DNA from: Candidatus Hydrogenedentota bacterium
GTDB lineage: Bacteria; Hydrogenedentota; Hydrogenedentia; Hydrogenedentales; GCA-2746185
Length of the DNA: 41,372 nt
Reading direction: 5' to 3'
NCBI GenBank assembly: GCA_046583315.1
Contig: JAYGCN010000248.1
Coordinates: 1-41,372, forward strand
Made by a program: the position numbers and the translations under genes
The notes under the pieces: generated by a model
Seen by the model: the letters and a program-made list of their open reading frames with translations, nothing else
The model's database searches: none
Told to the model about the DNA's origin: nothing
Part shown: positions 28,822 through 37,480 of the stretch, one piece after another
Layout: each line of letters begins with the position of its first letter
Position numbering within the stretch: position 1 is the first letter of the stretch

Positions 28822-30252
28822 ATGACCACCGAATACACATCACCTTTCGTCGAACGATTCGCCACCAAAGAGATGTCTCAACTGTGGAGCGCCCAAAAGA
28901 AATTCTCGACCTGGCGTCGCTGTTGGATTGCTCTCGCTGAAGCTGAACAGGAACTCGGCCTACCCATCACGGACGAGCAGATCGCGCAGATGAAGGATCA
29001 CATCGACGACATTGATTTCGAGAAAGCCAAAGAACATGAAGCCCTGACCCGTCACGATGTCATGGCGCACATTCACACCTGGGGCGAAACGATTCCCGAG
29101 GCCAAGCCGATCATCCACCTCGGCGCGACCAGTTGTTATGTAGGCGACAACACAGACCTCATTCTGCTCCGCGAAGGTCTCGAAATCATCCTGGCCAAAG
29201 CGGTCAACGTGCTCGCTAAACTCAAAACCTTCGCCGACAAATGGAAAGACCTGCCGACGCTCGGCTATACCCACTATCAACCCGCGCAGGTTGTTACCGT
29301 CGGCAAACGCGCGTGTCTCTGGGCGCAGGACCTCGTATTCGACATAGAGGATCTCGAAGACCAACTTAAACGCCTGAAATGCCGCGGCGTAAAAGGAACG
29401 ACCGGCACTCAGGCATCGTTTATGGCTCTCTTCGAGAATGATTCGCAGAAGGTGCGCAAACTCGACCAGCTTGTCGCCGAACGACTTGGCTTTGATGCCT
29501 CCTATCCTGTCACCGGACAGACCTACCCGCGCAAGGTCGACACGCAGGTGTTGCAGACCCTCGCAGCCATCGGCGAAAGCGTACACAAATTCGCAACGGA
29601 TATGCGCTTGCTACAGAACCTCAAAGAAATTGAGGAACCCTTCGAGAAAACTCAGGTTGGCAGTTCCGCGATGGCCTATAAACGCAATCCCATGCGTTCG
29701 GAACGGGCCTGCGCATTATCCCGCCACTTGATGGTCTCTCCCTTGCACTCTCAATTCACCACGGCGACCCAATGGTTCGAACGCACGCTCGATGACTCAG
29801 CCATCCGACGTATCAACATCCCCGAAGCATTTCTCGCCGCGGACGGCATCCTCAATCTATACCTCAGCATCATGGAAGACCCCGCAGTCTATCCAAGGGT
29901 CATCGAAAAACACCTCCGGGCCGAACTCCCTTTCATGGCGACCGAAAACATCATCATGGCCGGCGTCAAGAAAGGCGGCGACCGTCAGCATCTCCACGAA
30001 GTCATCCGTGTCCACTCCCATGCCGCCGCCGCAGTAGTGAAAGAGGAAGGCGGCGACAATGATCTCATCGAACGCATGGCCAACGATCCCGAAATCGATA
30101 TGACGCTCGAAGAAATCGAAGCGACGTTGGACATGAAAAACTTCGTGGGACGTGCGCCGCAGCAGGTTGACGAGTTTATCGCAGACTTCATCAACCCCAT
30201 TCTGGATCGCAACGCCAGCCTTCTTGGAGCATCATCCGACGTTCGCGTCTAA
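28822..30252 (+). CDS. purB: adenylosuccinate lyase
   Basis: RHDVMAH, IHLGATS, GYTHYQPAQ and SSAMAYKRNP motifs. Confidence 0.97.
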   Translation: MTTEYTSPFVERFATKEMSQLWSAQKKFSTWRRCWIALAEAEQELGLPITDEQIAQMKDHIDDIDFEKAKEHEALTRHDVMAHIHTWGETIPEAKPIIHLGATSCYVGDNTDLILLREGLEIILAKAVNVLAKLKTFADKWKDLPTLGYTHYQPAQVVTVGKRACLWAQDLVFDIEDLEDQLKRLKCRGVKGTTGTQASFMALFENDSQKVRKLDQLVAERLGFDASYPVTGQTYPRKVDTQVLQTLAAIGESVHKFATDMRLLQNLKEIEEPFEKTQVGSSAMAYKRNPMRSERACALSRHLMVSPLHSQFTTATQWFERTLDDSAIRRINIPEAFLAADGILNLYLSIMEDPAVYPRVIEKHLRAELPFMATENIIMAGVKKGGDRQHLHEVIRVHSHAAAAVVKEEGGDNDLIERMANDPEIDMTLEEIEATLDMKNFVGRAPQQVDEFIADFINPILDRNASLLGASSDVRV

Positions 30253-30262
30253 CCGGCCCTAG

Positions 30263-31219
30263 GTGACTCCCATCCCGTCCCCACCGCTTAAATACGCACT
30301 CATCATGAACCCCGAATCCGGGAATCATCGCGCATTGAAACAGTGGAAACACCTTAAGCCGAAGATCGATAATCTTCTCGGTGATTACACCCTGCTGCAG
30401 ACGGAACGCCCCGGACACGCCACCGATCTTGTGCGTCAGGCATTAAAGGACGCTCATACCCGAATCGTCAGTCTCGGCGGCGACGGCACGGCCTACGAAG
30501 TCGTCAACGGCTTTTTCGAAAATGACGCGCTCATCAATCCCAACGCCTCCATGGCTATTCTGCCCATCGGTACGGCCTGCGATTTACGCAAAACCTTGCG
30601 ACTTCCTAAGCCAAACGAATCGATTGATTATCTAGTCGATCCAAACCCTGTACCCATGGACGTCGGAAAAGTTATTTCTACTGACTCCGTCGGCGCACCC
30701 ATGACACGTTATTTTCTCACGGCGGTACACATCGGACTTGGCGGTCTCGTCGCCGTACACGTGAATCGTCGCAGTAAACGATTGGGTGGATTCGCAACAT
30801 TTTTGCTTGGCATACTCTCGGCCCTTGTTGAATACACGTGTGAAGAAATGGAAGTCACAATTGGGGGCGAGGCCATCTCCAAACCCATGCTCGAAGTCAT
30901 CGCGGCGAATGGCGAGTACGATGGCGGCGGCATGACAGTAGCCCCCAAATGCAAACTCAATAACGGGCAACTGGAAATATTTACGATTGGCGAGATGAGC
31001 GTCTTGGATTCAATCCGAAATCTGCCGCACATTTACAAAGGCACTCAGGATACACACCCAAATTGTGACTATTTTCGGTCACCACGGGTAGAAATTCGTT
31101 CAAACAAGGAAGTGTGGGTCTCGCCGGATGGAGAAATCGCCGGGCAACTCAATGCCACCGTCAGCATTGTCCCAAAGGCGCTCAATATGGTGATGGGGCC
31201 TAATCCGCCGTTGGTATAA
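30263..31219 (+). CDS. diacylglycerol kinase family (YegS/DgkB-like) lipid kinase
   Basis: NPESG, GGDGTAYEVVNG, LPIGT, NGEYDGGGM and DGE motifs. Confidence 0.92.
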   Translation: MTPIPSPPLKYALIMNPESGNHRALKQWKHLKPKIDNLLGDYTLLQTERPGHATDLVRQALKDAHTRIVSLGGDGTAYEVVNGFFENDALINPNASMAILPIGTACDLRKTLRLPKPNESIDYLVDPNPVPMDVGKVISTDSVGAPMTRYFLTAVHIGLGGLVAVHVNRRSKRLGGFATFLLGILSALVEYTCEEMEVTIGGEAISKPMLEVIAANGEYDGGGMTVAPKCKLNNGQLEIFTIGEMSVLDSIRNLPHIYKGTQDTHPNCDYFRSPRVEIRSNKEVWVSPDGEIAGQLNATVSIVPKALNMVMGPNPPLV

Positions 31220-32627
31220 ACGCGCCTTCGGGCCCCATGGCGATCGGACCCTCGGCTGGCCATTCGAAATCAGAAGCGCGCTCGACGAATTCATCCTGAT
31301 CCAGTGCGAACTGCGGACTGATCTCGACGGTTACACCGCTGAGGTCGCGCGTGCATCCGGCCGCAGTGACCCACGCACCCCAATACTTCGACATCGCATT
31401 CCGGGATTCTTCCACACTGCCCGAGCCCGTCATTTGTTTGGTCGGAGTGGTCTCCCCGGCTTTGGCGATTTCGAGAACGACGTTGTCGCGCTCCGCGTAT
31501 TGAAGCGAATCAAAAATGAAGGTCTCGAATTTGTATCCATTCGGCGAACTCGGCTCAACGAGTGTACCCAACTCATCAACATATGGGATCTTCTTGTGGG
31601 AGCAATGCCACGGAAATTCTGAATAGCGATCGTATACGCGTTGAATGAATTCCACGGACAGGACGTGTATCGCGGCATTCGAGGCGAAGTGAATGATGTT
31701 TCCGTCGTTGTCGAGATCAAGTAGTTGCGGATAAATGTCATATTCAGTGTATTCGATGACACGTAATTTACCGTCACATCGACAGAAGACACCGGCAGCC
31801 TCGCGAACTTCCTGCTTGCGATGCGCTTTCGAGGATATCTCGCCGTCGTTGAGCAGATGATATCCAATGAAATGCGGATCGGCGAGCCGCGTGGCCCAGT
31901 TATCCACCTGAAAATAGCTGAAAGTATCAATCCCACGCGCGCGCGCATCGTCCAAAATACCATTCTCCACGAGGGCAGGAATGCATCCGCCGTGTCCGTT
32001 TGGATTCATCGCGAGAAGACCCGTCTCACTCAGGATGAAATTGCCTGCCTCATCGACGCATGGCATCATGCGTTGTTTGAAGAAGGTGACGTTGGATTCG
32101 TCCAAACCAAAAAATTTGTTCTCGGCGAAAAAATCCTTGGTAGCGACTTCGTTGGTCTCGCCGACCATGATATACCACGGAAGCACACAGCCGTAACGCC
32201 GCTGTATCCCGTGAATTTTCTCCGCATGGAAGGCAAAAAGTGATCGGCCGGAAACAGGACCAATCGGGAACGCGCCTTTCGGGCCCGGATAGCCCAGCCG
32301 TGTTCCCTGTCCACCGGCAACCAGTACCAGTCCAACGCGTCCATCGCGCAGGGCCTGTTCCCCGGCGATTCTCGCTCCATCCAGACCCTCGCGCGGCACC
32401 GTCGTAGGCGGTTGAACGGATGCCGGAGCGATCTCCTGAAATTGCTGACCGGAGGAGCTACTGAGGATCCATGCATCAATGAGTTGGTCCATCAAATCAA
32501 AGTCGATGGACTCTATCTGAGTCGCGAGCCGCGCGTGTTCCTCGTCGCTAAGTGTATCCCAATGGTCCAACACGTGATACTGATTTGCAGATTCGAGCTT
32601 GGCGCGAAGTTCTTCCAATGTGGACAA
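31200..32627 (-). CDS. eukaryote-type UDP-N-acetylhexosamine pyrophosphorylase (UAP1/AGX-like)
   Basis: VAGGQGTRLG...PKG, PWYIM, PNGHGG, QVDN, IEYTE, KKIPY and KFETFIFD motifs. Confidence 0.9.
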   Translation of the reverse strand: MSTLEELRAKLESANQYHVLDHWDTLSDEEHARLATQIESIDFDLMDQLIDAWILSSSSGQQFQEIAPASVQPPTTVPREGLDGARIAGEQALRDGRVGLVLVAGGQGTRLGYPGPKGAFPIGPVSGRSLFAFHAEKIHGIQRRYGCVLPWYIMVGETNEVATKDFFAENKFFGLDESNVTFFKQRMMPCVDEAGNFILSETGLLAMNPNGHGGCIPALVENGILDDARARGIDTFSYFQVDNWATRLADPHFIGYHLLNDGEISSKAHRKQEVREAAGVFCRCDGKLRVIEYTEYDIYPQLLDLDNDGNIIHFASNAAIHVLSVEFIQRVYDRYSEFPWHCSHKKIPYVDELGTLVEPSSPNGYKFETFIFDSLQYAERDNVVLEIAKAGETTPTKQMTGSGSVEESRNAMSKYWGAWVTAAGCTRDLSGVTVEISPQFALDQDEFVERASDFEWPAEGPIAMGPEGAFIPTAD

Positions 32628-32666
32628 TACGGTACCTTTCCGGGATGCCGTGTGCGACGGGTCGTG

Positions 32667-33848
32667 TTACTGACGTTTCATCAAGGCGACAACCTTGAGC
32701 GTTTCGGTAACGGATTTTCCATCCACGAGCATTGAGACTGTCCACTCATCCTTCTGTAAGCGATTCTCCACGACCTCAGGAATCGTTACGTCAAATCGAT
32801 ATGAATTGGGTTCCTCACCCGGCACCAGCGTAACGGTCACATTGGGATTCGTGTTGGTTACTTCTTCCACGGTCAAGGGAACAGACGAGGTGAGTACTGA
32901 AACACCTTCTTGCAATTCTCCCGTGGCGACGTTGCGCAGAGTGATGTCGAAAGGCTCAAAACTGTAATCGCCGCGAACGGTAAGACGTACCGGAAATGAA
33001 AGGCGTTTTCCGCGACCATCCTCAACCGGTACTTTGACGGTAGGCGCGTATCGGCCCGCCGTGCTCGCGTCGCTGATATGCACAACCAAATCGAATTCGG
33101 GAATTTCGGCATCGACCCATTCATCCTGCGGAACGTCTACTTTTGACGCGGTCATGAACTCTGGACCTCCGCGCACTTCGAGCTCTCCGATGAGAACCGG
33201 CTCACTGGTGGTCTGCGTCACGCGAAGTGTTTTCGATGCGGCCACACCATCCTCTAATGTATCGAAGATAAAGTCACGCGTAGAGAAGAGAAGTTCGCCT
33301 GGAATTTGAGCCGCGACAATGAGTTTTACCGAAGGGTTTACAGGGTCGTTGCTCGCAAGTGTGAGTACTTTGCGTGAACGATAGCCGTTGATGCGACTGG
33401 GATCGATTTCAATTTCAAGGGTACCGGTCTGCCCCGGTGCAATCGTATCTTCGAGCATTCGGCCCGTGGTGCACCCGCACGAGGTCGAAACTTTTGAGAT
33501 GACCAAGGGCTGTCCGCCGTGGTTGTATATGGAGATTTGTTTGATCGTGTGTTCTTTGACATGGACCATGCCCATGTCAAACTCTTTGGTTTCGAGTACA
33601 ATCAATGGGGGGGCTTCGGTTGAAGCGGGGTCAATCTGCGCACGTTCAGCGGGAGCCGCCTCGGCCATTTCTGTGGATGCTCGAACTTCCTCCAGAAATT
33701 CCGCGTCGGTGGCAGGTGCCGACGCTTCTGAGTCGGTAGCCGTCGTTTCGGGCTCTGTGGTCTCCGTTCCCGAATCCGACCCACAGCCCGAAAGAAAGGC
33801 CATAGCGCCCAGCAGAAGAAGAGTTGTCAATAGTTTAAAATTTCGCAT
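32667..33848 (-). CDS. DUF1573-domain lipoprotein (tandem Ig-like domains)
   Basis: Lipobox LSGC, acidic Thr/Ala linker, and the 'PLVISKVSTSCGCT...IAPGQTG...SNDP' DUF1573 pattern. Confidence 0.85.
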   Translation of the reverse strand: MRNFKLLTTLLLLGAMAFLSGCGSDSGTETTEPETTATDSEASAPATDAEFLEEVRASTEMAEAAPAERAQIDPASTEAPPLIVLETKEFDMGMVHVKEHTIKQISIYNHGGQPLVISKVSTSCGCTTGRMLEDTIAPGQTGTLEIEIDPSRINGYRSRKVLTLASNDPVNPSVKLIVAAQIPGELLFSTRDFIFDTLEDGVAASKTLRVTQTTSEPVLIGELEVRGGPEFMTASKVDVPQDEWVDAEIPEFDLVVHISDASTAGRYAPTVKVPVEDGRGKRLSFPVRLTVRGDYSFEPFDITLRNVATGELQEGVSVLTSSVPLTVEEVTNTNPNVTVTLVPGEEPNSYRFDVTIPEVVENRLQKDEWTVSMLVDGKSVTETLKVVALMKRQ

Positions 33849-33851
33849 TTT

Positions 33852-34862
33852 TTACCTCACCCTGAACGATTTGTTGTATTTGGACTCCGATTGTATCAAA
33901 TTTTTGGAAATTTTATCATACATCTTATCGGAAATCGGGTTTTCGACTTCGAATCCCAGAAGTAATGCCCCGACCACGGGAATCCATATCGGTCTTTGAA
34001 AGTGGGCATTCCGGCATACCTGCTTGACTATTTGAGCCATGGAGTCGTGCAATATAGGCGCCCCCTGGGAAAACACGCTTCCCGCCGTACAAATGGCGAA
34101 AGCGGAGTCGCTCATCCTCAGTTTACGTGCTACGGCATTGATCATCATGCCGAGATACTCTCCCCCGCGCTGCAATATTTCGCAGGCCACAGCGTCTCCG
34201 GCCTGCCCCGCTTGAAATACCAATTGTGCCATGGGTTGAAGAGCATCCGTGGACAAACGTTGGTTGTAGAGATCGAAAAATAGCGTATCGACGTCGCTAT
34301 ACCCAGCGCGTTCCAGAAAGAGTTCTGTCAGGAGCGTTGGCGGGACGATATCCTCCCGGGCACGCCACACCGAATTCAATCCTTCCTCTCCGAGCGTTTC
34401 TCCGGTGCATCGGTCTCCATATTCCGGCATCCATCCCCCCGCGCGCGCGCGTTCTTGACTCGGTGAAATACCGGCACAAATCGCGCCCGTGCCACAGGCA
34501 ATCACCAGACCGGATGACGCGCGTGTGCCGCCACGCAATGCTGCGAAGGCATCGTTCACAAAGACGCGTGGTATGTCCCCGAACAGCGGCGTGTATAGGG
34601 CGTCTTCCAACATGGGGAAATCACTCGGCTGATCGGCACCTGCGACGCCAAGGCCGATGGATTGGACTGCGCCCAGTGAAATATCGGCATCGTCCAGCGT
34701 CGCGCAGACGGCTTTCTCAATTTCACGCGCGGCGGATTCAATGCCGTGGTATTCATGGCTTCCCGTACCTGCGGAAGCAAAGCCACAGATCTTCCCGTCT
34801 TCATCGGCGATGATGCAATCGATTTTGGTCCCACCGATGTCTAGTCCCAGGATGTAGTGCAT
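33852..34862 (-). CDS. BadF/BadG/BcrA/BcrD-type sugar kinase (GlcNAc/MurNAc kinase-like)
   Basis: LGLDIGGTK, GVAGAD, VNDA, CGTGA, GGW...GD, GDAVA and GSVF motifs. Confidence 0.88.
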   Translation of the reverse strand: MHYILGLDIGGTKIDCIIADEDGKICGFASAGTGSHEYHGIESAAREIEKAVCATLDDADISLGAVQSIGLGVAGADQPSDFPMLEDALYTPLFGDIPRVFVNDAFAALRGGTRASSGLVIACGTGAICAGISPSQERARAGGWMPEYGDRCTGETLGEEGLNSVWRAREDIVPPTLLTELFLERAGYSDVDTLFFDLYNQRLSTDALQPMAQLVFQAGQAGDAVACEILQRGGEYLGMMINAVARKLRMSDSAFAICTAGSVFSQGAPILHDSMAQIVKQVCRNAHFQRPIWIPVVGALLLGFEVENPISDKMYDKISKNLIQSESKYNKSFRVR

Positions 34863-34896
34863 GGTTCAAGTTTACCTCATCGGCGATCATCACGAT

Positions 34897-34928
34897 AAAA
34901 AAGGCGCGCGGAAAAGTTCCGCGCGCCT
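34897..34928 (-). terminator. intrinsic terminator after cpoB
   Basis: 12-bp stem AGGCGCGCGGAA/TTCCGCGCGCCT followed by a T-run on the minus strand. Confidence 0.85.
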
Positions 34929-34954
34929 AAAAATTGCAACAACGTTTGTTATTC

Positions 34955-35869
34955 TTACTGACTGAGTCCCTGCAGTTGACGTAAATTGTCACGTGCAACT
35001 TCAGTAGCCACGTCATCGGGATATTCCCGGATCAATTGTTGGAAGAGTACTTTCGCGCGTTCTATATTACCAAGGCGAGAATAGGCGACGCCTTCGTTGT
35101 ACATTGCGATAGGTACTTTCTCGCTGGTCGGATATTGACTACGCATCGCACCGAATCTTTGAACGGCCTGTGTGTAGTCACCCATTTTGAAGTAACAATG
35201 CGCTCTCCAATATGTGGCGTTGGAAAGATGCGGGGAATCAGGATGCAATCGAATGTGTTCATCGAACTGCTGCAACGCCGTTGCATAATCGGCATTGGTG
35301 TAGGACTCTTGCGCCTGACGATAATGGGCCGAGGCATCGGACGCATTCGGAGTTTGCGTCCCCGGGGGAGCTGTATCGATCGATGGCGGAAGCGTTGGTG
35401 GCGGCGTAATCGTTGGGCCATCGTCCGGCCGCGTCACAAATGGTTGCGGAGTGGTTTGAGGCGGCCCCAAAGGGTCAGGAGTCGTTCCAATACGGGGTTG
35501 AGTCGGCATCGTCACGCGGGTCGGCGGAGTAAGATTCATCTCTTTGTACAGCGTCGCGATGAGATCGTCCAGGCTGTACTGCAGCGTATCCAGTTTGCGC
35601 TGGTTCTCTTCCGCCATGCTCAACAGTCGACGTGTCTCTTGCTCATTGGTATTGAGGCGCGCGGCGATCTCGGCCGTCGTACGCGTCAGTGTCGAAACGG
35701 AACCGGTAAGATTCTGTTCCATGTTCTGAACCATGCGATGCGTCTGGACGACCGTATTCGATAACTGATTCGAACTACCGCCGCCACTGATGCCGCCGGC
35801 TGTTGCACACCCACTGGTGAGTAATGCAACCGACAGGCCTGCCGCCAAGTATCCCTTGACCTTTTTCAT
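34955..35869 (-). CDS. cpoB: Tol-Pal associated TPR protein CpoB/YbgF, lipoprotein form
   Basis: Lipobox TSGC, coiled coil, Pro/Thr linker, three TPRs (NATYW...YPTSEKVP...YP); directly downstream of pal. Confidence 0.88.
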   Translation of the reverse strand: MKKVKGYLAAGLSVALLTSGCATAGGISGGGSSNQLSNTVVQTHRMVQNMEQNLTGSVSTLTRTTAEIAARLNTNEQETRRLLSMAEENQRKLDTLQYSLDDLIATLYKEMNLTPPTRVTMPTQPRIGTTPDPLGPPQTTPQPFVTRPDDGPTITPPPTLPPSIDTAPPGTQTPNASDASAHYRQAQESYTNADYATALQQFDEHIRLHPDSPHLSNATYWRAHCYFKMGDYTQAVQRFGAMRSQYPTSEKVPIAMYNEGVAYSRLGNIERAKVLFQQLIREYPDDVATEVARDNLRQLQGLSQ

Positions 35870-35916
35870 AAATTTACCCCCACACGCAATCATTTTTTTC
35901 ATGTAACGGGTTAAAC

Positions 35917-36453
35917 CTAGAGTGCTCTGTTAAACTCGCTACGACGATTCTGTGACCATGACGATTCAGTGTGTCCACCGTCAGCGGGATCTTCTTCGCC
36001 GTAGCTGATGGTCACCATGCGATCACCTGAGACACCCATGTTCATTAAATATTCACGAGTGGCCAAAGCACGTTTCTCGCCAAGGGCCAAGTTGTATTCT
36101 TGCGTACCGCGTTCATCGCAATGACCTTCGATTTGAATGATAACACCAGGCACTTGGAGAATTTTGTCCGCGTTACCTTTAAGTGCGCTCATGGCATCCG
36201 GACGCAACGAGTAGCTGTTGTAATCGAAGTAGATCACTTCAAGGCCGCCAGCTCTGCTGAAAAGGGTCTCTGCTGAAATTTCGGGCAAGCCATCAACGAC
36301 GGTAACTTCTCCACCAGTGCGCGAAGACTGAGTCGACGACGTATCGGTGTTCAATGGTTCCTCAGCAGCTTTCTTTTTGCAGCCGCTAAGACCCCCAATC
36401 ATGACAATAGCAAGCACAGCGATACCCGAACGACGAATTAGTAATGTGTTCAT
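35917..36453 (-). CDS. pal: peptidoglycan-associated lipoprotein
   Basis: Lipobox LSGC; IYFDY, IEGHCDERGTQEYNLALGEKRA, SYGEE and NRR motifs; ATG 36453 after GGAG. Confidence 0.95.
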   Translation of the reverse strand: MNTLLIRRSGIAVLAIVMIGGLSGCKKKAAEEPLNTDTSSTQSSRTGGEVTVVDGLPEISAETLFSRAGGLEVIYFDYNSYSLRPDAMSALKGNADKILQVPGVIIQIEGHCDERGTQEYNLALGEKRALATREYLMNMGVSGDRMVTISYGEEDPADGGHTESSWSQNRRSEFNRAL

Positions 36454-36556
36454 AACTTTCTCCACACGTTGTTGTTTACTGACCAAATTGGAACCTTCGG
36501 GTTCTTCCATCAATAACGTCCCTTGATTTTTTTTGGTCTCCCCCGAAACTACGCCG

Positions 36557-36585
36557 ATGGTAGCAAAAATATAAGTCGACTTCAA
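36557..36585 (-). promoter_or_regulatory. sigma70-like promoter of pal
   Basis: Minus strand TTGAAG-N17-TACCAT with extended -10 TG. Confidence 0.55.
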
Positions 36586-36647
36586 CCGAAACTGATGCCT
36601 ATATCCCCTTTGGTCGCAAAAAGTTGCGCGGATACATGGGAAATCAT

Positions 36648-37169
36648 TTACCACCCAAGACGGTCTCGGGTTTCGGTGATATGCGCGAGATGGTGATTTC
36701 CGTGCCAGGCGTAGAGCCCGACGTTTTGATCCAGTCTTAACGGGCCCAGTTCATGGTGACTCAGCGTACGCGCTAACTCCTTCTCCCCCATCGTGTTAAG
36801 CACGATCACCCAGCGCCGATGCAGGGCCACAAGCAGGTCCAGCGAAATCGCTGGATCCCCGTCACGGGCTTCGGGCAATTCGGCCCACAGCGCCTCTTCA
36901 TAGGGGCGAATCGTAGGCGCGTCCTCTGTCAAAGCCAGCTTGAATCGTATATAGCTGTTCATGTGACTGTCCGCCAGATGATGGATTACTTGACGGATCG
37001 TCCAGCCTTGCGGGCGATACGGGGTGTCCAGTTGAGTATCATTGAGGCCCGCGATTGCCTGCGCAACCCGCGCCGGCAGTAATTCAATATCCGGCATCCA
37101 TGTATACAGCATCTCGGACGTGATCGTCGAAGGCCAGTCGTATTCACCGATGGGGTATTGCAGGCTCAA
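36648..37169 (-). CDS. YfiT/BstA-family (DinB superfamily) thiol S-transferase
   Basis: LQYPIG, LDTPYRPQGWTIRQVIHHLADSH, KLALTEDAPTIRPY and YAWHGNHHLAHI motifs; start placed at TTG 37169 (uncertain). Confidence 0.9.
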   Translation of the reverse strand: MSLQYPIGEYDWPSTITSEMLYTWMPDIELLPARVAQAIAGLNDTQLDTPYRPQGWTIRQVIHHLADSHMNSYIRFKLALTEDAPTIRPYEEALWAELPEARDGDPAISLDLLVALHRRWVIVLNTMGEKELARTLSHHELGPLRLDQNVGLYAWHGNHHLAHITETRDRLGW

Positions 37170-37176
37170 GGGAGTG

Positions 37177-37401
37177 TTAGTCCACGACTGGCTCGGGCAC
37201 CGTGCCCGCCGCGAGTCGTGTCTCGTAGGCATCGTAGATTTCGTAGTGAAGAAAGCCAGCCTTGCGCACGCTGTTGATACAATCGTCAACAATCTTGGCT
37301 TGGTGGATTTCGCGCAGGATCTTGCTGAAGGGACTGTGCCACTGCCGCGTGTCGCTTGCGGAGAGCACGGTAATTGCTTTTCGACTCGGTGTACACTTCA
37401 T
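37177..37401 (-). CDS. small hypothetical protein (74 aa), probably leaderless
   Basis: Extended -10 TGTTATACT lies 6 nt before ATG 37401; the ORF fills the gap and ends 7 nt before the yfiT start. Confidence 0.5.
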   Translation of the reverse strand: MKCTPSRKAITVLSASDTRQWHSPFSKILREIHQAKIVDDCINSVRKAGFLHYEIYDAYETRLAAGTVPEPVVD

Positions 37402-37480
37402 AAATGAAGTATAACACGGATCGTAATCTCCGTACAGTAGCCCCATAAACCGTATGAAATCACACAGATTTTCTGTCGAT

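Noticed and set aside
31200..31219. 20-nt convergent overlap of the DAGK and UAP genes
   Set aside because: Short tail-to-tail overlaps are common and no function is evident.
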